64,000 bases of DNA from Amoebophrya sp. A120 (lineage: Eukaryota; Protista; Dinoflagellata): NCBI GenBank assembly GCA_905178155.1, contig CAJINV010000013.1, positions 1,864,281-1,928,280 of the forward strand, given 5' to 3'. Position 1 is the stretch's first letter; every line of letters starts with the position of its first letter. The position numbers and the translations under genes are program-made. Shown here piece by piece: positions 35,360-46,470 of this stretch. A model generated the notes under the pieces. The model was not told the origin of the DNA. It saw only the letters and a list, made by a program, of their open reading frames with translations, and did not search any database.

Positions 35360-38300
35360 ATGACGCCGGTAGTAAATGAAGCAGGACCACTCCTTGTTCT
35401 CGTCGCAGCGTTACTAGTACCGCGCGCCGCTCTTGCTGCTGGCGCACTGGATTCGCGGTTATGCTACGCTGCAAGTTGCGGTTTTATGCTTGCAGAATTG
35501 ATTTTCGCGCCAAATAAAACAAGTTCTCGAAGTGTTGGCTTCGTATTTGCTCGACCGAGTACAACCACTCCTCCGGACGTCGAGAGGCAAGGAACTGGGC
35601 GCCAAGAGGACACAACCAGAACCACGCTTCGAAGCGCAGCCGACCAAGTAGAAGGACCACCGGACCGTAAAGAGTTCCTCACCGTTATACCAGACGAGGA
35701 GGAGGACCTTGGTTTTATTTCCAATAGCGGGGAGGTGGACGAAAGAAGAAGAACTGGAATTGAGAATGACCGTGAGCACCTCCTCGTAGCGAGTCGGCTT
35801 ATCCCACAGAAAAAAGCAAGCAGGTCATATTTGTATAATTCAAAAATAGATACACAGAAAGTGGAAAACGAATAATGAAAATCTGCGTTGCGTATCCTGA
35901 GCAGCATGCTACGGGGCGACAGATTCTTCTGTGTGTTTGTTTTTGCATTCCAAATTAATATTGCCTGCCTGCTTTTTTCAGTGTGATTCGGCTGACGAAG
36001 GAAAAACAGTTCCGAGCGAGAACATCAGAGCTTGCTCGTGGTGATGAAAGCCTTGTCGAAGTTGAACAGAAAGGAGCCTTGTCGGAACACGATGGCCTTT
36101 GGAACACGACGGACGACCTTTGGAACACGACGGACCTGGCCGCGGCGCACGGGGAAGATGACGTTCTCAACCAGCAGAATTTTGAGTCTGCTTCTGACCA
36201 TTCCACAGGACCCGTTTCGCGACGCGTGTTGGGCGAGAGGAAGAGCAGGAAGAATGACACGGACGTTGAGCAAGTAAATGGATCGGAAGGAACACAAAAC
36301 TATCGCTCGTCACCTAGTGAGCTGCTCGAAGTAGCAGCGCGAGCATCATCGTCGGCTAGAAGTGGTGCATCTACTCCAACGCGGTCGAGCGATGCGAATG
36401 AGAGCGACACGACAGGAAAAAATCAGCCGCAGCAGAAACAGTCGTCTCCGCAGCGGGGGCAGTTGGAACAAGAAGAGGAACAAGAAGAACACCCGCGAGC
36501 AGCGGATGCAGGTCACAGCAAACAGAAAATTGACACGTCACCGGAAGAACAAAAAACGGAAACGGGCGGTGAAAAAGCGTCCACTACGGTCGTCGGGGAG
36601 GCGGAGACATCAGTCGTGGCGGAGCTGCTGCAGCGTGTCAAGCAACTGGAGCGGCAGAGGGAAGAGGATAGAAATTCGTGGGGCGAGTCGGTCGACAAAA
36701 GGTTCCACATGGTGCGGGACGTCGGGTCGGCGGACGAGCAACTTTTGCAGCATATGCTGGCCGTGATACTGGCGATGAAGACGCACGAGTACATCCAGAC
36801 CGTCGCGTTTCTCAGCCTCGGTTTCGTTGCGGTACTGATTGCGATCTCCCTCCCCGCTGTGCGCGTTTTCTGCCCCCGGCGCCAAACCTCTAGCATGCTC
36901 CTTGCATCGTCATTCTCTGGCGGACCAGGAGAAGATCATCCGGAAGGGCGCCAGCTCCTCTTGCCGGCTAAAGCAGGACAAGATGGAGTAGCCGTCGTCG
37001 CGGCTAGCAGTGCAGATGAAACAGCATTTATTGGAGGAACTCCGCCGGAGACGATTTATCGTTTCTATCCGTTCGACTTCGTAGAGAAAGGGACGCTAAG
37101 CAGTGTTGTGCAATCCGCAGGCACGGACATCGGGCGAATCTTTGCGGTGTGCATCGTGGTAAACGAAGTACTGCTCCTTCTCTCCCAGTACCCTTTCCGG
37201 ATCTACGACACCTGGTGTATTGACAGTATAAGTAGCAGCGAAGCAATTTCGAGTCGGTCGTCCGAGGAACTTGAAGATATCAGGGACCCGTTTCCTTTTT
37301 TGACGCCGATGCACGAGAAGGTGGCGCGCACGCTCTGGCTCGTGCTTCCGCGCATTTGCTTGCTGATAACGGCCGCCGTTCCAGCTTCTACCTTCCAGCA
37401 AGTGCGGGCTTCTCTGTACAAGGCGTCTATTGCAAGGTCAGGGACCACACGGAGTAAAGACGCCCCGCCGGGGGCGCAGAAGCAGGCAGACGACCGCACT
37501 GGTGAGGGGCCAGCAGACGACGGCGCGGTGGGGAGGATGCAAAGACGAGCGCGTTCTGAGGATGCCGCTCGTCCGAACGATGAAACCAGAATTACAGATG
37601 ATGGCGATCATGTAAGGGGTAAAGAGTCGATCAACTTCATGCAAGTCCTTCACGCTCTGACTGCACCGACAGCGATAGTGACGCTTCTTCTGTTCGAGAC
37701 CATCCAGCTGAGCTTTGGCGAGCGCATCAATTTCCCTGCAGCAGTGATGGGCCTGGACGGCCGCGCGAGAGCTTCGGCGGCCGCGGCGAGGTGGGACGCT
37801 TTCGACGACATCACAAAGCTTCAACAATGTAATGAGTGGACTTCTGCGGCTCGCCTGCTGTTCTTCCCCCAAGTCTTTCGGTTCCGTGTGCTCTTTCTGG
37901 TAGCCGGCTGGGTGTGCTCGTTTGCCTTCATGGTTTTGCACCTATTACTGGAGTTCCAAGTCCCGCAGCGTTTCGGTTTCGTCAACGACGGGGAACAGAT
38001 TTTCTTCGACAGTCATGGGCAGTGGGTACGGGAAGCGCGTTCTCTCCTGCTTCCGAAACTGTCTTTTGTGTTGGAAATTGTAGCGTTTCTTCTGGTTCAG
38101 TTTCTCCCTTTTTTTCCGATTTTGGAGCGGATATTTGTTTCCCCCGGAGCACCACTTGGAACACGGGAACCACTTGGAGACACTGCATACCACGCTTGGA
38201 CGAAGAGTCCAGGACTTCCAGAATGGTTTGTGGGAGTGGAATATCCCAAGAAAACAAATGTTACAGTTTTAAACGGTTCGTGTTGTAATTTTAGCAACAT

Positions 38301-39243
38301 AAAGTTTCTCTATCTGATGACAGAAAAATTTGCAATGCAGTGCTGACGATTAGAAGGAAAAACAAGTATGAAATTAGGCTCCTGAGAAGTCGATCCGGCA
38401 TGCAGAGCTTGTCTGTCTTGCTTGGTCTGCAACACAATGTGTAGCTGTAGCAGTTGGTTCGTTGGGGTTGGATATGGAAGCTGGAACCCTGCGGGACTCT
38501 GTGGGACTACGTAGCCACGCATGACGGATGCCCTGCTATGGAGGGGAGGCGAGTGATCTTCCCGGCTACTGCTAGTTCTCTAAGAAAAAAACCCCATTTG
38601 TCAGCACGCGGCTTTACTTACCGGCACATGATGCAGCACAACTTCCTCTTTCTGTGATGCAAAACGCCTGCCACGAATCACTCGGTACTGCATGGAACTG
38701 CACGACTTGTGATCTTCAAAAAGAGTGTACGCAAATCTGCATGGCAGGCTTCGACTTTTCTTGAGACTAGCAGCAGTCCCAAACAAGAAAGCTACTCGCT
38801 TTATTACCTCTATACCTGCAGTCCCACACGGGCAGGTGTCGCAGAATTTGTGGCTGACCAGGCCGGCAGACGTTCAGCAGCATATCAAATGTAAAAGTGT
38901 CTGGGTCTGGAAGAATGCAACTTGTCATACTAAATCTGCAGCATGCAAAAATCTGTGTTGCGTGATTACCAAAAGTCGTCCAGTTTTGACCAAGTCGGGA
39001 GGGAGTTTCTCATGCAGGATAGGCATGAGAGAGATCGCACAGAATCTGTCATGCTAGGTCCTGCATTCCAGACCTCATGGGTCAACATGGAAAATATGCA
39101 TGACAAATCGTGCGCTCTTCCAGACCCAGACATTTTTGCATTTGATACAGCAGATCGACGCGCGATTTTGGACTAACGTGACGGAGTGGCGCTGCAACTT
39201 TTATTCTATCGACATTTTTGGCCTCTGCGTTCAGAGTAAGTAG
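35360..39243 (+). CDS. Multipass membrane protein with signal peptide, interrupted by four TAT...ATA element introns
   Basis: Exons 35360-35799, 35994-~38241, ~38480-38536, 38820-38882, 39153-39243. Removing element plus one TSD gives ASR-LTKEK, DGCP-AVPHG and DVQQ-QIDARFW...QSK*. Several TM helices. The junction at 38242 is ambiguous. Confidence 0.7.
35800..35988. mobile_element. TIR introner-like element (189 bp), TSD CGGCT
   Basis: TATCCCACAGAAAAAAGCAAGCAGG... pairs imperfectly with ...CCTGCCTGCTTTTTTCAGTGTGATT over ~60 nt. CGGCT at 35795-99 and 35989-93; excision fuses ORFs 35225 and 35983 in frame. Confidence 0.85.
38242..38474. mobile_element. TIR introner-like element (233 bp), TSD TGGAA
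   Basis: TATCC...GGATA ends with degenerate TIR; TGGAA at 38237-41 and 38475-79. Confidence 0.8.
38537..38814. mobile_element. TIR introner-like element (278 bp), TSD CCTGC, family B
   Basis: TATGGAGG...CCTCTATA; CCTGC at 38532-36 and 38815-19; precise excision is in frame; the 5' end resembles the element at 63829. Confidence 0.85.
38883..39147. mobile_element. MITE-like introner (265 bp), TSD CAGCA, family A copy 1
   Basis: ~35-bp TIR TATCAAATGTAAAAGTGTCTGGGTCTGGAAGA; CAGCA at 38878-82 and 39148-52; closely similar to the reverse complement of 44026-44290. Confidence 0.93.
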
Positions 39244-40710
39244 ATGACGTTGTCGTCGTCGTCGTCGTCCTCGTCCTCGTCCTCGTCGCGGGAGGATTAA
39301 CTTCGACCACCAAAACTACTGCGCATTTATTTGTCGCATCGATGGATCATATGAATTTTAACAAAAAGTAAAAGAACAAGAAGTCTACAGAACTTGAACT
39401 GCAACTGACACATACTACACTACTTTCTTCGTTGGACGGAAATAGTCGTGATAAGGAAGGAAACAGTTGCTGCACTGTTAGTTTCTATCTCAGTTTCTTT
39501 ATTTCTATTAGTATACTCGAACCTCGTACTCGTTTACGATCCGAAGGCAAAGTTAAGAAAAGGAAAAGAAGGGAGGTGGGGAAAGAAGTGTTGCACTATG
39601 GAATCTTTGATCAAGTCAAAGCGAGTAGCAACCATGCACAGAACATAAAGCAAGCATAATTTCCGATCATAAATGGCTACGTGAAAATGCAATGATCAAA
39701 AATCCATTACCATTTGGGCTTTAACGTGTTTATCTATCCTCCTGTGACAAAACGGCTATAGACAAGTTTTAATGAAATTAAAAATCTGGCCGTGAATCGT
39801 AGTAAAGTTAAGATGTAAAGATTTACCCCTTTGTGTTTGTTACACTTTGTCTCACAGTTCCTGTTAGAGCTTTGAAGCACTCTCTTGTGACATGACTTGA
39901 TAAGGAAAACGCTGTGGGCAAAGGCGCAGAGCCTGCTCGTGTCGCGCCCTAGATGCGAGCGATTAGCTGCTTAATCTGTTGAGGAAGTTGCAACTTCACC
40001 TTGTTGACGTGGTCTCCTGGGTATTGTGAACCGTCCTGATGTCGAGGCACTCGGTGCACTGTCCTGATGTCGCAGCAGTCGGAAAAACAGCAACAAAGCA
40101 GAGAAGTAATTCAGTCCCCCTTGTTTGGTGAACAAGGGAGACTTGTTGCCCTTGTCGAGTCTGCTAGCCTCGTTCTCGGCAGCTGGATCTGGCTACTGTT
40201 CGCTTGTGCTGAAACACCATGATGAGTAGTTGTCATTTTATATATACTTTTTCATTTTCAACAAGTAGTGGTTCTGTTCTCTGTGCTGTATCGAGGTCTT
40301 TTTTCCAGAACACGAACACCGCGATGGAAGATCAAGCAAATGCAAGAAAACAAGAGCGAGGATGTCGGTTAGTATCTAATATAGTAGATGAACAGCTGCA
40401 AGTCCAAACGCCGACACTAGGAAGTCAATTAATTTTAGACTCACCCTCACTCCAAGTGGGGAGGAGGACGAGTACAAGCAGTGCTGGATATTAACAATGG
40501 CGCTTGATTGATGATGAAGCTACGTCTTGCTCTTGGTGGTCGAGCAAGAGCACTTAGTAAGTAGTCAAAGCAATGCATCCATTGCAGTTTTATTTCTCCC
40601 GGTGTTCTTGTACCCTGCGCCGGCCGGCCGCCGGTGGTGGTCGAGCTCCTGCTCCTGCTGTTACTAGTCAATTGAGATTGACCAGCTATGGCTCCGGTTT
40701 GTTTGTAAAA

Positions 40711-41775
40711 ATGTCCAGGGCTGGCCTACTTTTCGCGGTGTTTGGCGCGGCAGGGCGGTTGTTTTTCTTTTTCCTCAGTCCGGGCGTTGCAAATGGATTA
40801 GCCCGCCCCGCGGACGAGGTGGATCTTCATTCGAATGCTCCCGCGAAGAGGAAGACCCACCGGAGGGAGATGATCCTGCTGGACGATTATAGCGGTGGGC
40901 CGCAGGGGCAAGAATTCACTGACCACGTCGACGAGGATACAAGTACGGAACCCGGACAGCTGCGTCATTTTTCAGTCGCAAACCAGGAGGGCTTGTTCAT
41001 CCAAAAAACGCAGTGGGCGCTCCCATCCCCCCGGAGTTTTTTTCGTCGTATGTGGAACAGGTTCCGGCGCCAGAAGCCGAGAAGTAGAAATAAGGGCGGT
41101 GCAGGGCTGTTGAAGGAGGAGGTCCAGAACGATCATCCAGCAGGCGACGCGTGTACAGCAGATCTAGATGGTGCAAAATCAAGTGTCGCACCGCGAAGAA
41201 AGTCACGAAGGCCAGAACCGCTGCGAACAGAACCAGTAGAACTACTTGATTATGAAATACCAGCGCGACGACCGATGCTGCTCGTAAACGCGACGCGCGC
41301 TCTCGATTTTTTTGATAGGGAACTCCCAGATGTCGTGGGAAATTCTGGATGGACGCCGAACCACAAGTCATTCACATTGGCCAAGCTGTTGAATCGTATT
41401 TACTTTGGAACACCCCGCAATCTCCTCGCTCTCGATCAGAATACAAATAATTACACATACCAGATGAATCTACGCACGATTAGCGGCCACGCGGATCTCC
41501 GGCCACGGGTGTATGGTCTCAATAAGGACAATTTTTTAGTGCGTGAGCTTCTAAATCAAAAGCAAAGCACCAAGTACAAAAACGAGTATGACAGCGTCGA
41601 GTCTGAGTCTGAACATCAAGAAGAAGACGGCGGGTGTGATAGCAAGCTTGTTGAAGACGAACCTGACTACCATAAGCCCCTGGTCGTTTTGGTCCACGAC
41701 CATGTAAAGTATGCATTTCAGCGACTTTCCACAGACCCGGAAGAATACATCATGAGAAGACTTTTAGAAGTGTAG
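40711..41775 (+). CDS. Secreted hypothetical protein
   Basis: ATG 40711 followed by hydrophobic signal-like MSRAGLLFAVFGAAGRLFFFFLSPGVANG; 354-aa open frame; no domain recognised. Confidence 0.6.
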   Translation: MSRAGLLFAVFGAAGRLFFFFLSPGVANGLARPADEVDLHSNAPAKRKTHRREMILLDDYSGGPQGQEFTDHVDEDTSTEPGQLRHFSVANQEGLFIQKTQWALPSPRSFFRRMWNRFRRQKPRSRNKGGAGLLKEEVQNDHPAGDACTADLDGAKSSVAPRRKSRRPEPLRTEPVELLDYEIPARRPMLLVNATRALDFFDRELPDVVGNSGWTPNHKSFTLAKLLNRIYFGTPRNLLALDQNTNNYTYQMNLRTISGHADLRPRVYGLNKDNFLVRELLNQKQSTKYKNEYDSVESESEHQEEDGGCDSKLVEDEPDYHKPLVVLVHDHVKYAFQRLSTDPEEYIMRRLLEV

Positions 41776-42937
41776 GTCGACTCGAAAACTCAATAGCGAG
41801 GAGGATTCATTGCAATGTCAATTTGTCCTCGGTACGGGAAGCGTTACGATGAAAAGATGAACGCAACAGTTGTGCATCAAAAGAATGCCAGGGAATACCT
41901 AGCAAGCTCTGTAACCATTTCTTATTTCATTTGTAGTGCGTCTCATAATCAGAGGCGAAATTGTCCACCGTTTTCACCGCAGCGAGGGGTCTTCATTGAA
42001 ATAGCACTGGAGAAAAGAGGTGACGGTGAGTAAACGCGTTCCCACCTGTACTAGAATTATGGTAAATCCAAACAGAAACGCCGATATTAAGTCAATTAGT
42101 CGCTTGGAGGCGTGCGAAGAGGACCAGAAAAAGAAAAAGACAACGGCTCCGTGATTTCCTCTTCCTCAGTGATTTCAGTGAATCGTCAGCCCAAGCAATA
42201 GACCCGCGATGCACAAGAAAAAGAACCTCGGTCCTGGCGGTTCTCTGTCGTGTGGAAAATGAAATGGAACAGCTGTTTTCGGTCCATTTTGCTGAACTTT
42301 ACGTGTCCTTTAAACAAGATTTGCATTTCAGGCCGCAATTTTTGTCAATGTCACTCCTGTGGTTATATTTCTTTGGTCGGTGTTTGAAAGGCAAAGGAGA
42401 AGTTCAAGTTCGGTTTTATGGAGGTCTTGTCATCGGAGTCCGATGAAATTCACACTTCTGTTGATGTTGCAATTTTTCGGTGTTCAGATATGTTTCGGTA
42501 ATTAATTCTGAAAGAACCCGTGATTTAATTATAGGTGGTTTGTTAGAAGCGACTGTGGCAAAGTCAAAGATTAAGATATTCATTCTCATTTTGTTTTTGA
42601 AAGTTATGTTGGAATAACGCTAACGTAACTAAATAGATACCTGCATCGCAACATCTTTAGCTACTACAAATGACATTTCTCGCATTGCATGACAGTGCTG
42701 TCCAGGTCTCACGGTTTAAACAACCCTAGTACTTTACTGCGAGCTACATACCGACGTGGTCCCGTCATCTTTGTATTTTTAGGTGATTTGATCTCCTTCT
42801 TCGTTCGCGAAGATCGTGCGAAAAGGATTCCGCCTGGAACGGTGTGCAATTGCGCTGCCTTTGCCCCCCCCCTGGGACGAGTCCTCGTGGTGGCCTCAGC
42901 TTGTAAAAAACTCATCATCATCATCTGGTAAATAATC

Positions 42938-45900
42938 ATGGCGGCCGTGCAAGTGAAAACCAAGCAGCCAGCGGGGGATCCTACCTACCCGCTACTGGTT
43001 TCCGAGTCGACGCGCCAGATTCTGGAGCTGACTCTGAACGTCTACAAGGGCGTGTCGCAGGGGAAGGGCGGCATCTGGCTGACCGACTACTTCTATCGCC
43101 GCATGCTGTCTTCGGAACCCAGTTTGCGCAACGTGTTCAATCAGGCAAACCAGTCGGGGTTTAAGCAGCCGATGAAGCTGTACGACTCCTTCCTGATTGC
43201 CGCGGAATGCGCCATTGCGAAGAAGCCGTACCCGGCGGACAAGATCGATACCATCTCTCAGCGGCACGTTGGCCTCATGGTTACGCCGGCCATGTACGCG
43301 ATTGTGAAAACCCACCTGGTGCAGACGATCATCGAAACGCTGGAGGCCGGGGGGGATCAGCGAGTGTACGCTGCCTGGGCCGAACTGTACGACGTGTTCG
43401 CCGCACACCTGATGACTTTGGAGAAAAAGCTGTACGAAGACAACAAAAATGCGGGCTGGAAGGTGGACACAGGCGACAACATGGCAAATAACGGCGAGAA
43501 CAATAAAGCCAAGGATCAGAAGCGCCTATTTCAACTGGTGAAGAAGGAGAAGCTGTCGCCGCTGGTGACCCAGTACTTCTTCTCTCCTATCAAAGTGAAA
43601 GAAGCCCCCACCCCATATCGGAAACGGAAGATGCGCGAATTTGTGATGCTGTATTTGAGTACACAAATCAACTTGTATTGCTAGAAGGCCAGGAGACGAA
43701 GCTGCGGCCTAAATTGCAGGTAATCTGTCATGCTGTTTCCCACTTCCAGTTGCCTCCTGTCATCCTGGACCTGCAAGGCTTTCCCACGCTAGACAGCACT
43801 ACAGTCCGCATCTTTTGCCTTCTAGCATCACAAGCTGATTTGTGGCCACAAATCTGCATCACAGATTTCCGCTTTGATATGGGGAGGGGGCATTTTTCAT
43901 TGTAATATCTCCGCAAGACGGAAAGCCGCTGCTGGCGGTGAAACCGGGCAAGTACCTGACGCTCTGGATGCAGGTGGGTTCCTACACGCAGCCGCGCCAC
44001 TACACCATTGTTCCGACCAAGGAAGTATCAAATGTAAAAATGTCTGGGTCTGGAAGAATGCGCGATTTGTCATGCAGCTTTTCCATGTTGACCCTTGAAG
44101 CCTGGAATGCAGGAACTAGCATGACAGATTCTGTGCGATCTCTCTCATGCCTGTCCTGCGTGAGAAACTCCCACACGACTTGGTCAAAACTGGACGACTT
44201 TTGGTAATCATGCAACACAGGTCTTTGCATGCTGCAGATTTAGCATGACAAGTTGCATTCTTCCAGACCCAGACGTTTTTACATTTGATAGGAAGAGGTA
44301 GAGGACTCCTGCTACTCCATCTGCGTGAAGCGCGACGGCGCGGTCTCGACGGGCTTGGAGCTGGTCGGCCTCCGCGAGTGCCTGCCGCTCAGCCCGCCGC
44401 AGGGGGCCTTTAACCTGCAGAAGTACCTCCGCGCGTGCCAGCGAGCCATTAACTACGACACGTCCACCGGATCTGGCGGCCCGTACTTGCTGCTGCTCAG
44501 CGCTGGCACGGGGATCACGGCAATGCTCTCGCTCCTCGCGCGCACCGTATCATGAGGAAAACTGAGGATCCCCTTTCCACATATTGAAATTGGAACACAT
44601 ACACGGGGATGAGAATTTGTGTATGCTGATTTTTTGTTGTGTAGTACGCAAATTATGCCTTATTTCTCTTGCATACTTGGGAAGGGGAAGCAAGAGCGAA
44701 AGGTAGCACTTGGCAGGCCATCTGTGACGCGTTTTAGCCTACAGCAGCAACGTCTATGATGCTGAAGCGCTAGACTTCTAGAAACCCGAACAGCTGCTCT
44801 AGCATACGCCTCCACTTTGTTCCTGCAAGACAACAAGGCTGATTCCTGGGGCCACGAATCAATCTGCATCCTCACCAATTTTCCTTTTGAGTATCCGAGG
44901 AAGGAGGGGGGGTTTTTCCTCACGATACGACGAATTTCCGCAGTTTGCATCGGGAAAGAAGTTAAAAATCGCCTGGTGTCACGGTTGCCGCAACGGTCAG
45001 GAGCAGTTGTTTCGGGACAAGGTCGCGGACATCATCCAAAAAAAAACGGAGGAAAACGAGACGCTCGAGTATCAATGTGGAAATATACTAGTGTCCCGAG
45101 GACCCCAGGACGGTGGAGAGCATTAGCCTGTAATGCACTTACTTATGCATAGAATTAAAATTAAAAAGTGGGTTCCGTGACGAGGAGGACCGAGGACGTG
45201 AGATAAGTGCCCTTTGTCGTAAAAGAAAGGAAAAATGCGACGCATTTTGTTCTTTCACGATCTGGGGATGCTGCTTCTTCAGCAGCATGACAGACGTCGC
45301 TTGATCACACAAGTAGCTTTCGCTATTCTACAACAGAGGGTCTTGGTTTTCGAGGAACCAAAGAAATGCATGCATGTGGCGCTCGGAAACCGAGCCTCGG
45401 CCCACGAGGGAGCCGGTGCGCGCTCTGGCAAAAAAGAGCGCAAATGTTTTCTTCGTGATTTTTGCGGAGCTTTGTATCTATGGTATATATTGGCTTGATT
45501 CGTAGATGATAAGTATTTCCCCTCCGTATTTCTGGGGCACCACCAGGGGCGCGAATTTCCATCTTTCTCGTGGATATCGAGATCCAGCAATATGTATGGT
45601 ATTCGCGGCCCCGGGACGACGACCCCACCACCGACGGGAAGCTTGTGACCGTGAAAACCGGGCACATGGACCTGCAGTCGTGTGCGGAGCTGTCCAGGTT
45701 TCTTGGCGGGCGGACCACGGCGGCCATCGGCGGCACGTACGCTTACATGTGCGGCCCCGGGGGCTGGCTGTCCAAGCAAAGGCAGGATTTGACCGCCATG
45801 TCGAAGCGGATTTGCTTGCCCGAGAATGTCGTTTACGAGTCCTACGGAGAAGAGCTCACCGGCGAGGCGGACCCGATGATGCAAGCCGCGCTGTTATCCC

Positions 45901-46470
45901 CAGTAAAGAAAAAGCAGTTGTGTAGTTGCACCCAGCACGTTGTAGTCGTCAAGATGAGAGCAGTGACGTTTAGTATGCGTACATACAAGTCATAATCAAG
46001 ATGAAGCTTTGGCTACTGTGCATGAAATCATTTTTGCGATGTCCGCAGCGTAAAAATCAACGGAATTCTTGTGATTTTCTAGCTCCGAGCAGTCACGATG
46101 TGTAAGTACCACCCAGAAGATCACTTTTTGAAGATGCTGTACCTGTACTGAGTATGACAAAGTCCGCCCCCATCGAGGACCACGACGAGAAAACTGTTGC
46201 CATACTAGCGAGCAGTCGCATGAGACACTTGCTTCTGGTGCGCTATAATACTGAATACTTGCAGTTACATGCAAGATGTGCTGGTAGCTGAGAAAACTCT
46301 ATTATTGTGCTGGATGCTACTACTACTCACTACGTTTTTGAAAGCAGGCATAGCTGCAGAGCAACCAACCCGGAAACGACGGACGGGAATTTCCGCTGCA
46401 GATTCAGACTCAGGCAGGGCCGCTGGATTTCTGTTTGGCGGGTATCCAGAAGTTCCTGGCTTGCAAGTGA
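42938..46470 (+). CDS. hmp: Flavohaemoglobin (NO dioxygenase; globin + FAD + NAD domains), ~527 aa
   Basis: Exons 42938-43587, 43913-44024, 44292-44546, 44929-45069, 45582-45893, 46357-46470 (last exon less certain). Globin FYRRM...VFNQANQ...RHVGL...AWAELY; FAD domain PGKYLTLW, PRHYTI, YSICVKR; NAD domain SAGTGITAMLS, WCHGCRNG, YMCGP, YESYG. Confidence 0.9.
43588..43907. mobile_element. TIR introner-like element (320 bp), TSD TCTCC
   Basis: TATCAAAGTGAAAGAAGCCCCCACCCCATATC pairs with GATATGGGGAGGGGGCATTTTTCATTGTAATA; TCTCC at 43583-87 and 43908-12; excision gives FFSP-QDGKP. Confidence 0.9.
44026..44290. mobile_element. MITE-like introner (265 bp), TSD GGAAG, family A copy 2 (opposite orientation)
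   Basis: Near-perfect ~36-bp TIR; GGAAG at 44021-25 and 44291-95; creates GT(44025)...AG(44291). Confidence 0.93.
44548..44927. mobile_element. TIR introner-like element (380 bp), degenerate TSD
   Basis: TATCATGAGGAAAA...TTTTCCTCACGATA; flanks CACCG and CGACG; removal joins LLART to DEFPQ in frame. Confidence 0.8.
45070..45576. mobile_element. TIR introner-like element (507 bp), TSD TCGAG
   Basis: TATC...GATA ends with decayed TIR; TCGAG at 45065-69 and 45577-81; excision gives ETLE-IQQYVW. Confidence 0.85.
45895..46352. mobile_element. Decayed TIR introner-like element (458 bp), TSD GCTGT/GCTGC
   Basis: TAT...ATA ends; subterminal GTAGTTGCACCCAGCAC pairs with GTGCTGGATGCTACTAC; excision extends the frame to a stop at 46470. 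Confidence 0.65.

Noticed and set aside
39250-39288. (GTC)n/(GTCCTC)n microsatellite after the stop codon; also a 21-bp in-frame duplication near 36097
   Set aside because: Ordinary slippage repeats.
39700-39725. Spliced-leader relic-like CCATTTGGGCT
   Set aside because: Too short and mismatched against the dinoflagellate leader CCGTAGCCATTTTGGCTCAAG.
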